From: Marsupella aquatica
Lineage: Eukaryota; Plantae; Marchantiophyta
Direction of reading: 5' to 3'
NCBI GenBank assembly: GCA_973895155.1
Contig: OZ316892.1
Location: forward strand, 14,066,861 to 14,130,860
DNA: 64,000 bases
Position 1 is the stretch's first letter, and each line of letters opens with the position of its first letter. Below the pieces are notes generated by a model that saw only the letters and a program-made list of their open reading frames with translations, was not told where the DNA came from and made no database searches. Both the position numbers and the translations under genes were made by a program. This document shows positions 26,401 through 39,400 of the stretch, piece after piece.

Positions 26401-28623
26401 TGCATGTTGTTGGAGTAACAATCGTTCAAAGCACGCAAGATTGGTTTGATTTTTCACAAGGATGTAGGCTGGATCAATGCTCCCAGATATCTCCATCGCC
26501 ATCCTGAAATTGTAGTTTCTATGAAAATTTGGTAAATATCTAGGTATATTCTCAAACCCTACATGGAGAGAGAAGAACCCTTCACATTCTTGCCTATGCT
26601 GCAGCTCGTGCTATAAAGCAGAAATTTATCCCAGCTATTTCCAAATCTTTTTTTATCAAACTTCAAGGAAATCTACTCTACACGCACAAACTTTGAGAAA
26701 GTCTCTTCTTTGTTAAAGATTTCAAAACTACATGAAAATTTGCAATAGACCCAAGAGTACAAACAAAAAAATTACTGTAGTAGATGATCATGACAACGTT
26801 GCTCTTAACCCCATAACAGACCAACTTGGAGAATTTGAAACATTGCAAAGAATTTTCGTATCATTCTCTAATGAAGTTCTCTTTGAAGGTTTTTGTAGGG
26901 TACCGAGGGTGATTTTATAATATACATGTTTGAAAACCAGAACCTTGTTTATCTTCTCCTTGTTCCATTATTTCTCACCCTTGCTATAGTTGAGCTGAAA
27001 AATCTACAGTAAACCAGAACCTTGTTTATCTTCTCCTTGTTCCATTATTTCTCACCCTTGCTATAGTTGAGCTGAAAAATCTACAGTAGCCTCGTGATAT
27101 GTCACGAGGTTGGCCATGAAAGAGATGAGACAAGAGTATCAAGTTCTTCAAAAAGAGATGAGAAAATGTGCTTGAACTTATTGAGACAACAACTAGTAAG
27201 TACTATAGTAGTAGTAGTAGTAGTGGTAGGTACCTGAACTGCCAAAGAAGTTGTGCACGGTCCTCAACATGTTTGCCTTCGAAGAGCCACTTATCGAATC
27301 GATGGATGATATAATTGTCGATGGGATATGAAGCCGTACCATTAATGGGTGTGGATCCAGCCATGACAAATGGCCAGGTGCGCTCGGCCCAATTGTGCAT
27401 GGAGTTGCCAATGTAGGGCAACATGTGGGCCGTCGTTCCTCGAATAATGGTGTAGTTCCCTGGAATACTGCACCATAATGTCCATACCCATGTTATATTA
27501 CACTGCATTCTAGATAGATAGATAAGCATGAAGATACATTATGGAGACAAATAGACAACTAAGTCTATCCTAACTGCATACCAGCTGAGTCTAGTTGCAG
27601 GAAATTTCTCATATTCAATTTCAGCTGGCCAAATACCTCATCAAGTGTGGTTATTGAGAAGGGTGACAGAAAGGAGATTCCAATGTAGAGTCAAAAGACT
27701 AGATCAAGTTCAGTCCAATGACATCTTCCATGTTTACTAGAGTTGTCCCATTTCCTTGGTAAGTTATAATAAAGAGACTAAGTTACACTGATAAATTGTG
27801 TCAAATAACGTGCACAATGAAGTATTGCCCCTGCAGGAAAACTAATCCTACAAATATCAAAGCATTCCAAGTAAACATTTTTGGTCTTTAAAATCCCTAT
27901 GTCGTCACTTGTAGAATGGTCTATGGAAAACAGATACTGTACTCCAACAACAATTTAAATGCCACATCAGTATTAACATAGACACACAGACCTGGGAGCA
28001 AATGTAACACCAGCACAGTTGTCATTGCTCACATTGCCATTGCAAGTGTAGATCTCATTCCACATATAATACAGCTCAGGGATGAATGCAGGGCCAGATA
28101 TATTGTTCTGAATTTCTTCAGCCGTAGTGTTGATAAGTACTAATGCTCCTGTGGGATCCATGCATACATTCTCCATTGTCAAGAGAGGGAAGTTCAGATA
28201 ATTGTTGTTTGGCAAGAATAGTGTCTTGAATCTAGTCACTTCTTTGGATGTAAGTTTATCTGACAATTGGGAGACATCTAGGGTGCGCATTCTCTTAAAG
28301 AATGCTTCTTCAAGGGTCACTGGAGTCGCAGCAAATCTCTCATAGGTGTTGCTTGTGCTTGAGATTGTTGTGGCAGGTGAATTATTGACAAATGCAGCAA
28401 TATCCTGACGAGTCCAATTACATGTCACTGGGGCATGAGTCCAATCCGCAACTTCATCAAACCCATTCAATGTTGGCAGTGTGTAGTGCATAAAATTCTG
28501 CCCCTTGTAAATGGCGTTTGCAGTCAAGTCATAATATGCACCAAGTAATGTTGTTGCTACCACAAAGATGCCTCCCCATATTTGGCAGGCTCGTGAAGAA
28601 AATTTTGCTCTTCCCAGCTCCAT
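23478..28623 (-). CDS. Glycosyltransferase family 61 (DUF563)-like type II membrane protein; exons 28623-27992, 27509-27234, 26503-26296, 25710-25440, 24777-24648, 23664-23478 (567 aa)
   Basis: N-terminal TM helix; GNSMHNWAE, ACFERLLL, R..RRRVVNQNEV, FSQTDILVIAHGANTWATFLLPEGAGVVEIFGP (GT61 HGA...VE motif), DYTIDVEKL. All five intron phases are consistent; exon 5 is missing from the ORF track. Confidence 0.8.
26934..27087. repeat. Perfect 77-bp tandem duplication in GT61 intron 2
   Basis: AAACCAGAACCTTGTTTATC...AAAAATCTACAGT at 26934 and 27011. Confidence 0.92.
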
Positions 28624-31356
28624 TGTTAAGGGTATTGTCAAGTTTGGAGGTCTTATGGAGTTTGGCTTCCTCTATCTCCCCTACTACAGGCAAAAGCACT
28701 AGGATGTAAGATTGTCAACTTCCTTTGCACCCATCAACCTGCAGACACATATGTAAACCATTCAAAAATTGAAGCTAACAATAGTGACTATGCTACAAAA
28801 GGAAGGAGTTCCTAATTCAACGCACAATCACCTCAAAAGACTGTGGATATGTCAAGTTTCTTCATCTATTGCCCACTTAGGATTAGCATAGGTTCAACGG
28901 GGCAGCAATCATCACAGACTACTTCTTTCTGCGAAGACAAGATTTTATTGGCCTTCTACTTATGCAACCAAACAACCATAGGATAGAATGAAGTTTCCAC
29001 ACCCACCACCCCTAGTCTTAACCACAACAGAGTACAGTAAATAGATCTAGATTCTGGTTTAATATAAACAGAAAGTGAAAGCATGTTTGAATCCGTAGAG
29101 CAGGTCAACAAAATGACTTTCGCTAAATTTGAAATACAACACCCTTGAAAGAATTGCAATTCTACAGTAGTTCCCTAGATTTCTTTTTGAATTACTGAAT
29201 TCACTAGCAAGTTCACTTCCACCATATGTAGTCAGCTATTGTTCTATATAACCCGGCCGCACCTTATAACATAGTGAGATGAGATTTCATCAATCCAACC
29301 TAGTTAAATGCAAGTCCTTGGTTTATGCAAAAGAAGTAGTGCTTTCCCAAGTGTACACGGAGTAATGTTTAGGGTGCCCCAAAGTCTGCAACCCAACTAT
29401 CCTCCCTTTGCTTCAGAAGGTCGTTATGCCTTTGAAGTGAATGGGCCTGCCTATGCTTGGCTTCCTCCTGAACTTTTTTGACCTTTCTCTCCAAGGCCTT
29501 ATTGGTATCCTTCATGTCCTTCATTCACCTGTTGAATACATCCAGCTTTCTTCAGTAGTGTACTGCGGAAGTAGAGAGGGGTGACTGTATCCTGATGTTA
29601 TCCTCAAAACCTAAGATAGTCCCAGGCTACTAAATCAAGCTTTATTAAGTGTGTTAAGCTTCTTGCTTACTTTGAACCTTACCTTTGCTCTTGCCCTGAA
29701 ATGCACCACCACCCTCACCTTGAAATATACAGCCTAGGTAGGGGTAGACCTTTCTTATATAAGGGATAATAATTTGTGAACCTCAATGCCTAATCAATAT
29801 AATAAAATATGACAAGTTTGGAGATAAACCCTACAGCAAGGTGGAGATCTTTGGGGATCCATTTTTGTGAATAAATTAACCAATTTAATTGGACAGAATT
29901 CTTTAAGAAAGCAATTTGTGCATGGCCACTTTTTTAAGGGAGAAATTAACCTTTGCCCTGAACTCAAAAGTTCAAGGCTCAAGCAATATTTCTACTATCA
30001 AGTAAGAATATACATGCTTGCAAAAGTATGTATTTTGCTAATTCCAACACTCCAAGCAATTTTTTTCCATTGACAGCATGGACAATTTGCTAACACTGAT
30101 TGCTATTGAGCTGTATTTTTTCCCGTATTTACAAAACTATTGTACGCAAACTATGAAGAAAACATTACAAACTACTCTGAGCAGAATGGAAGCATATACA
30201 ATCAAAGCTGCTGTCAAAGCCTTATTTAAACACCATTTTAAAAAATAAAAACATTCCAGATAGATTGAATTTCAATTTGTCCATGGCCTTGCTTAGCCAT
30301 AGTTGAAAAGCTAGATGGCTTTACAAGTGTGTGACACTGATTAAATATTTTTGGAAGTAATTTCTCAAGATCAAATCCCATTCTCAAACTTTTAGGGGCT
30401 CCTCTCCTAAGAGGATGAAGTAAATTCATTGTCTTATCTGATGAAAGCAATTTTAATTCGGGCAAGTAAGGGATGACATGTCAAATAAATTAGATTTGGT
30501 TATCAATATACCACCCCTTTCTGTAACAATGTAGTTAATTTAATTTGTCATAAGAGTGTTGTAAGGATGGGTGGACATTGTCAATATAGGAAACACTTGT
30601 ATAGTGACCCCTAAAGCCACACTACCACGTCTTAGGACATTGGGAAATCACATAGCTTTGATCATGGCTATGAACAGGCCTCCCTTGTAGTGGACATTTT
30701 ATATAGATTCGATCTTTATGGTTAACTTGCTTGAAGTGGAGTACGTATAGAAGCACTTGTGTAGTGACCCTCAAGCTACACTACCACTTCTTAGCATATG
30801 GGGGAAAACATACTGATCAGATCTTTGTGTGGAAATCGCTTGATGAGTAATAAGAGGTAACCTAAATGACATCTATCAGAAAGATCTTTTTGTCCCCATG
30901 ACCATCACTAACACCATGAAGATGAGATGGAATGCCTCCCAAATTGATCACTCTTAGAGCAACAAAAGTTCTAACAAGGTTTACCAGATCTTGACTAGTT
31001 CATTGATTGAACATAGTGGTTTTGGAAAACAAAATATGGAATCGATGTTTACCTACAGGGTGACTACCATCTTCTCCCAAACAGAGCTCCTGGGTGTTGT
31101 GTTCAAAAATGGTGAGAAAAAACACATTTGAACTCGAATGCAAAGTCTTCTTAACACAACGCCCGGGTGTTGGTGTTTGAATACTGATGTTGTGTTTGAG
31201 TTGGACAATGTGTTTGAGTTTTGACCCTAAAATGTTCTACATTGAACACCAAAGGTAAAAATGCCAAACTCAAACACAAAGCCAATATTCAAACACAACA
31301 TCCACTTTTGAACACAATCTCCGTCAATTACAAAAAATGAAAACACATTGTCAATA

Positions 31357-31533
31357 TTTGAATGTAACATCCTGGGCGCACTATTTGGATGGAGCGGCCC
31401 ATGACACACTATTTGAATACAACGCCCTGCGTGAACTATTTGGATGGAGCGTCCCATGACACACTATTTGAATACAATGCCCTGGGTGCACTATTTGGAT
31501 GGAGCACCCCATGACACACTATTTGAATACAAG
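31357..31533. repeat. 55-bp minisatellite, about 3.2 units
   Basis: Unit TTTGAATACAA.GCCCTG.G.G.ACTATTTGGATGGAGC..CCCATGACACACTA. Confidence 0.88.
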
Positions 31534-33204
31534 ACCATGACCCTCTGTTTGGGGGACAATGATAGGTTGAGTGAACCCAGATGAGATCCATGACAAGGTA
31601 CCAAAAAAAGGCTTGTCTCCAAAATGGTGTGTTCCATTTTTGTAATAGAAAATTGTTGTCCCCCAAAGTCCAGACGTTGTTTCTTATTCTCAGTCAGCCT
31701 TGGATTTGTATGCACACATACTTCTTTGCATTGTTTTCTCTGGATAAGATTCTTGCACACCTGTCAATTTTGAAAATGGAGATCAGAAGAGGATAAAGAT
31801 ATATAAAAGAATAGTGGACTAAATTATAAGTTGCAAACAACTCTAGATTTATAGATTCCCGGTATGTATGCATATACACGTGTGTGTACGTCGAGTCCAT
31901 AATATATATAAACGCATCTGCAATAGTAAACACAGGTTGTCATCATTCACATGAGAGACCATTATGACTTGTTGGTAATTTGTATGTGTTTACGGTGGCC
32001 CCCTATGATGCATTGTATATTATATGATTTTTTATATGTATTATACACTACGACCCCAAATCCCATTTCATGTACAGAGGGCCCACTCCTTATGCCAAAT
32101 TTTCTTTTACCAAAGAAGAAATTAAGACCTGTGGCTTCACTCCATGGAACAGGTTATGAAGCATGGAGTTTGATCATGAATTACCAACACTGATTTTGGT
32201 GAAATTGATCTTGAGTCCAGATTAACTCTATTTCTTGTGGGTTTGTTTGGAACAGTTTTTCTCCACATTTTTTAGAAGTGCTAGTAAGAGTCCAAAGTAA
32301 CATTAATTCTTGTGGATTTCAAAATGAAAGTTTACACTATCTTTCCACACTTAAGACCAAAGTAACACTAAATCTCATGTGCAGAATTAGTGTTATGACA
32401 GGTCAGTGTGATTAACACTCATTCTTGCGTAGAGCCCATAAATATCTGCTCTCGAATTAGTGTGAATGACACTAAATTGGTAGTAGCACTAATTACACCG
32501 AAAAGTCTAGATACTAGAAGAACATAATGTGGATCCTTGAACAGAAGATATTTCTTAAACTATTATGTGATGTATTCAATTATTTCAAGATCACAAGTAG
32601 AATACAGCGCATGTACATCGGTTCTCAAATTTTCAGTACGACATTTGTGCGCAAGATTATGGGTTGTAACCCCAGGGCCAGGAATAATATGCTTTAACTA
32701 CTATCCGAACTATGCAAGTGAATCAATTTTGAAAATGTCACGTGAGAAAATGGCAAAAATGAGAGAGAAATTCACAAAATAAACCATCCCCTCGTGGAAA
32801 TGGGTTTCATCTCCCAGCCTGGACTCTAACCTTTTATAGGTTCCTGCTCATTTTCCCCCTCCTCCAGGTTACCCTCTCATTGTCTTTTGTGGGGAGAGAA
32901 GGGGAAGAGCAGCTATGACCCACTTCTTGATGCAATCAGTTCCCCCTTAAAAAACGATGGCCCCAAAACTTTCTCACAGATTTTCTTCTACTGTACCAGA
33001 GAGTGAGTGCTTTTATTTTTTGATTAATTTGAAAAGTGTAAAGAATCGCTTTGTACCTTCTTTTTCCCACACTTTTTTCCTTTACGCATTCTGTGTTGGC
33101 CTGTACCCTGCTTGTCGTTTATTGACAGCTTGTCATTCAAGACCTAGAAAGAGTTAAAAGCATGAGAGGTCAACAACACCAAAAGACCTAAAGCCTGGAT
33201 GAAT

Positions 33205-33450
33205 CACATAGGAGGGTCATGAAACCAAATTTGTATGGAAGCCAACAAACAACTTGGATGTAGGAACAAACTGAAAAGCCTGGTAAAGCAATGGAATAAT
33301 TCACATAGGAGGTGAAGGGAAATTTGTCTGGAAACCCAAAAGCAACTTGGATGTAGGAACAATTTGAAAAGGCAGGTAAAGCAATGGAATAAAGAACATA
33401 GGAGGGTCATGAAGAAAGATTTGTCTAGAGGCCCACTGACAACTTGGATG
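33205..33450. repeat. Diverged ~95-bp tandem repeat, about 2.6 units
   Basis: Recurring ACATAGGAGG..., CAACTTGGATG and GGTAAAGCAATGGAATAA blocks. Confidence 0.75.
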
Positions 33451-36400
33451 GATAATTGTATTCGACTACCAACTTTTAAACATAGTCTGAACCCAGATAT
33501 TACCTTTGGGTGTATAAAATGGTTCTATATTCTGGGGTTCAAAAGTTGCTAGGTCCATGTGAGTGACATTATTACACATTTGTGATCTTTCCGGACATCA
33601 AATTTTTCCAAAGGTTCATCGATCTAAGCGTGACATCATAAGGCTGGGGCACTTTGGCTAATTTTTCACAAAAGCAAACTAGTCCGCCGCTCTATTGTTC
33701 TAACATAGACTCCAGACCCAAAACCTTTTGAATTCCCTTGAATGAAGGAGCCAAAGGTGGACGATGTTCGGTCACCTGTGGAGGTGATATAAAATTCCAT
33801 TTCTTTGGGCCCATTGCTAATCATATAGGATAGGTAGACAGCATATTTGAAGGGGCCAGAGTCCTTTTGAAGCCAATTGTAGCCCTTTCCTCTCTTTGGT
33901 CCCCTTGATTGGGTCCTTGCCTTCGGGATCTTTTGTCCATGACACCTTTTGTTGTTTGCAGTATATTCTATATTTTCACCCATTATCTAGTCCAGATTTA
34001 ATCTCTCAGTGAAACAAAGAAGCCATGGGCCAGACCAGTTTTGTTTAATTGCAAAAATTGGCCAAATTTCCACCTCACCGGGAAAAAGTCTTGCAACTTT
34101 TGACCAACATCAGCCAGGCTTTCTGTCTTCCATTAGCCAGTTTCTCCCCTAGCCACAGACCCACTAACCAGAATGTGACCTCGACCCTAAAATCTAGGGA
34201 GATCTCAGATCTAACACTTCAAAAATCAATCTATTTAAAATTGAGATAAAAAAAACTATTCTTAGCATAGGCTAGCCTAAAATCTAGGGAAATCCAACTG
34301 TCAGAAATTGATGTAATGCAACTTACTTAAAAACTATTCTACACAAGGTGACGAAAAGAAAAACCCTGACCCCGAGGTCGTTCCAAAGCCCACCCCTAAA
34401 TAAGTAAATAATCGTTGTTAATTATTAATTTTTGTTGTAGTGACGGTACGTACAGTACAGTGGTGGTGGTGGTGGTGCTGCTGTACTGTACTCCACAGGT
34501 TGTATGTCACAACTCACAACTACTACCCTAGTAGTAAGGCCAAAAGCCATGGCCCAAGGGAGATGCTCTTGGGCGTGTACTACTACTGGATCCAGCAGTC
34601 CTGACAGCAGCCCCCCCTTCCAACATATGAAGCCCCGCCACGTCTGGACAACTGCCACAACTCATTCCTACTACGGAAATCTTTGCTGTACATTTCCACT
34701 GTACTCCTTCATTTACTGATGGGGTCAGTCAGCCTATAGACCTGGGCTACTCGAGAATCGAGTCCAGAGTGGAGTGGAGTGCAGGAGTGGAGTGCAGGAG
34801 TGGACTGGAGTGGAGAAACTAGAAAGAGATTGCTGCAGGAAGGAAGGGAGGAGGAGGAGGAGGAGGAGGAGGAGTATAAGGAGGGAACGAACGCTTCGTA
34901 TGGGTGAATGGGCAGTCTCGAAATTCGAAACCGCTGAGCTGAGCTGAGCTGAGTTGAGAGCCTGAGACTGAGGGTGATGAGTGATGGAGCTGACTCACTG
35001 TTTTTAAAGTCACATTGTGGAAAGCTCATGAGACTGAGCTCATGATCTGCTGTCGTCGTTATGTGCGGAAGTAGTGCTGCTGATCATGAGCGACAACTGA
35101 TTATTATGACGGGTTTAACTTTATGACTACGCCTAATGTGGCAGCTGGGAGCCGCAGTGCAGCTGCAGCTGCAGCGCTCCTCCCATTCTGTGATAGTGTG
35201 ATGTGGGAGGCGAAGACAAACAGCATTACCGTCCCCACTGCCCCCGCCTCAACTCGCGGTAGCAGCAGTAAGTAGCAGCCAGCAGCAGCGTAGCTCAGCT
35301 CGGGTCACCTCAGCTTAGCTCGCTGTCTGCCTGGACTGCTGGCCTGTAGTACTTGCTGCAACTGCAACCACGAAAGGCTTACGTTCCAATGCTGCAGTGC
35401 TGCTCCTGCTGCTGTGATGAGCAGCTAGCAAGCTAGCTCACTCACTTAGCGCTGCAGAGACAGCCGAAAGCCTCAGTCCCCCACTCTCTGAAATCACGCC
35501 AACAGGCAGCCCCAGCGGTTGCGAGCAGCAGCAGCAGCTGGTTGTGTTGGTTGGGTGTCAACTTTCCTCAGTCCTCCCCGCTTTTCGACAGACTCTCACT
35601 GCAAGAGCTTTGTGTGTCTGTGTCTGTCTGTCTACACTCTCTCACCCCACTCTCACTGGGTCGCTCTCTTACTTTACTACCCAGAGCAGCTGCTGCAACA
35701 GCTCGTCTGATAGACTGAGGAGTGGGTCGTCTACTTACCGCTCAATGAAGGCGCACACGAACGGTTTTGCACACCCTGCGCAGAGCACTGCAGCAGTAGC
35801 AGCGGTCGTTGTCATTCATTATTAGCCGTCCAGACATAGATAGAACAAACTGTAGTCTCTCGTTCCTCTTTGTTGTCTCTCTCTTCGATCCTCATTCTAC
35901 TGTACTGGATGTACATTGTCGTGTGCATTACTCTAGATGATATGATATGGTCCTGTTGGGCTTCAGCTCTACATTCGTCGACGTTCACGGGCCCATTTCC
36001 GCTCTCTGGTGCCAGCTGCCACTGCCGTTCCCTGTATCCACGTACATTGGCTGCGAATGAGCTCTCATCAGTCTCTCTCAAGACTGCTCACTGCGCTTCC
36101 ACTTCCACCGGACCATTTCTGGTGATGTCGTCTTCGTCCTCCGTCCTGTGACATGACCCCTCACGCGCAGCCCGCGCGAGGCCGCCTTCTACACAGAGTC
36201 TGACTTCCTCCCTTCCTTGCATGCATGAAGTCGGAACAACAGAGAGAGTCGATCACCACTCGGTGTTGGTTGTGAAGAGGAATGTAACGCAACGCAACGC
36301 CACACGGGATGGGAGCTCTCAGCACGAGATAGAATAGGTTCTGGAGCAAGCATTGATCCAAGGAGGCAGCTGAGGACACTGAAGAACGAACGAACGAACG

Positions 36401-36498
36401 CACTCTTAAGTGTGGGTTGCTTTCAGTGTTCATTCCTATTCTTACTGTAGTAGTGCATTGTAGAAGCGCGCATTGGAGGCAAGGAAAGTAAGGTAACC

Positions 36499-39400
36499 AT
36501 GTTGATCGGGATGTCGGAGCGTCGCCGCGGTGATGGTGGCAGGAAAGGCAGCAGGGGCAACCTGTCACATTTTGGGTACCTCCTGGCGGTTTGCATGGTT
36601 TCCCTCTTTACCGTCTTCAGCTTCTGCATTGGAGGAGCTCGAGGGGATGTGTACATGGTGTTGGTCGAAGGGGAGCCGGTGGTCAGCTACCGAGGCTCCG
36701 TACCGGGGTTCGTTGCCACCGATGGGTTCTCTCTCAGGTCGTCATCGTTTAGCATGGCCGGGTGGGTGGAGCCTCGTCCCTAGAGAACCTGTTTGATTGG
36801 CCGTGCTTCTTCTGCAGTGTATTCTAGTGATTTTACGCACCCATTATCTCAAATGTGCTTGCTTGCTTTCTTGTCATCAAAATATCAAAATCTCGAGGAG
36901 GGTGTGCCGTTTATTGATTGCACATTTTGAAGGCGCCTATAGGGTCCCTTCTCGACAACTGCTGTGATTCTATCGGTGCATTCACTCATTCTCTCAGTGA
37001 CAAACGCACGTCTTGTCCGGGATTATTCTCCTTGAAGTTTCAAGAGTCATTCTGCTGTATTTCTGAAAAACGTCGAGTCTTCCCTCTCACAAGCTCCGCT
37101 TCTCGTGATAGCGTTGATGGAGATTCCCGTCAGTTCCTTCCATTCCTCTGTCCGAAACTATGGATGCAGATCCCCTGGACGTTGAGAATCCATGTCATAT
37201 CTTTGTTATCAGCCTGCATTCGCTGATGATACCGATACACTCCGTGTGGGGGCTTGATTTTTAGGAAATATGTCCTTGCCTCTGAGAGTTGCACCCCCTC
37301 CATTGAGTTGAATCCAGTATCCATGCGGTGGCTGTAGCACCAAGTTCTGAAATGGACGAGAACTTATCGTTCATTCAAAGCTAGACTTTTGCACACTTTA
37401 CTGCCGCATGACAAGTTTTGTTGATCTTGACTTCTGATTATGGCTGAGTGGACCTCTTTCTAGACTTCACGATGAAATATTTCATTTGAACTTTCAACAC
37501 GGGACTGAATCAGGCATACTTTCTCGAGTGAGGGGTCCCTTCCATTGAATCCGAAAAATGGTATCACTGTCCAGGATTTAAGTCTGCTGCATGCGTATGC
37601 GAGACTGAATCCCGCGTTGTTACGTTTGCGCTATTCGTATTAGGTCACACCTCAGTCTTGCTGAGGCTGGGGCCAACTGTCATGTCTGGTCATGGGGATT
37701 CATTAATTTATTATTAGTGAAGGGTACTGTAGAACTCCCGTTCGTGCCCCCCCTTGCGAATCATTCAATGAAAAACAAACAAACGAAATCTTTTGCCACT
37801 TTTGGGGGGCCCGCCACGGGAAACTATCGCCAGCTTACTAAGCTCCTGCAAAACTCTTGAATCTGCAGGTAGCTACAGTATACTTCTGTGTGCAGTGACG
37901 GTTGTCGTCTCGTGAGTCCTTAGGTAGCTACAATAGACTTTCTCTTTGTAGAAACGGGTGCCACGCACTCGTTGCTGCTTGTAAGCCAAGTCAGTTGCAT
38001 TCAATTGTCCACTTGGATGTTGACCGGCCTCTATCTAAGACCCGTACATTTGGCTCTTGGAAACGTACAGTGATATGATCGTTTCCATGAATCACGAATT
38101 ATGTCTGATGTTTAATCCATTTTTTATTCCTCCGTTTCGAGCATGGCGAAAATCAACATTCAAAGCTTACCTTGTTCATTTCTCCTGGACTACAGTATGC
38201 CCGGCCTCATGTCTAAATTCCTGTGCTGCTGTTGGTTGGAAGTGTGCAAGCTGTGCAGGCATACTCAACACTGCTGTTAAGCCAGCAAGACACGCTTCTC
38301 GACAACACTCTTGGGAGTGGCAACTACAAGAAAATTTATGGCTATAACCATCTCATCAATGGATTTGCGGTTGATCTAACGGAAGAGCAGGTATTCACGA
38401 AGTTGCGAGATTTTCTTTCTTGGTCCTTTGACGAGTTGATTCTGCTGTCATCAGTTGGAATATTGTAATTGGGCACTCTTCAGAAACCAGTTGGACGTTG
38501 CTGTTAAAACCGGTGGCTCGTCCCGATATAGCGCAGCAGCGCTCAAGCGTAGACCTTTCTTCGTTGTGGTCTTGATAACGGGTCCCAATAATATAAAGAG
38601 AGTATTATTGACAAACCTCGCATCTATCAATATCTCAGAATCACTATAGTGGTGGAACCGTGTGGGGCTACACGAGCATTGTTGACCTCCCCGAGAATGA
38701 TTCGGTTCAACTTACCATGGAGATGTAGTCAGCCTTCCAAACTTGCCGTCTCTTCTTGTTCCGCGTATCCTGCGAAGCACTAGGATGAGCTGACCCTTCA
38801 ACATTCTACTTGCCTGACCTTTCAGGCAGACCTGCTACACTTTCTAGAATTGTATGAGCGAGGTTTCACCATGACAGTAGTGCTTGTCTGTCCAATTTTT
38901 GTAAGCTATCTGGGGTGTCCATTACTGCAACGGAAAAGAATGTGGGTTGTTTTCAGGGACTGGGCCTGTCATTTCATCGTTCTATGTGTGCCTAACCTTT
39001 TGTCACGGTGCTCTGTTGAAAATGAAGGCGTACGTTTTAAATTCAACGCCTGGAGTCAAGCTCATGGAGAGAGATAAGCAAGTGGAGAGCTGCACGACCC
39101 ACACTCCCGACTATTTGGGCCTTGTGAGCGGCTTGTGGAACGCGGCAGGGGGAGCGGACAATGCAGGCGAGGACATCGTCATTGGGATGGTTGATACGGG
39201 GATTAATCCCACTCACGCGAGCTTTGCAGATAGCTCCACCAAACCTTATGGGCCGCTTGTGCAGTACTTAGGAACATGCGAGGTAGCTGACAGCTTTCCT
39301 GCCGGTTCATGCAATGGGAAAATTATCGGCGCTCAGCACTTTGCTGAAGCTGCCAAGAGCGCAGGGGCCTTCAATACTTCCATCGATTACGATTCCCCTC

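Noticed and set aside
31357-31533. CRISPR-like array
   Set aside because: The intervening segments resemble each other, so these are whole 55-bp tandem units; eukaryotic context and no cas genes.
34425-36450. Short ORFs upstream of the subtilase
   Set aside because: Microsatellite-rich (GGA, CAG, GCTGA) leader or promoter; translations are not protein-like.
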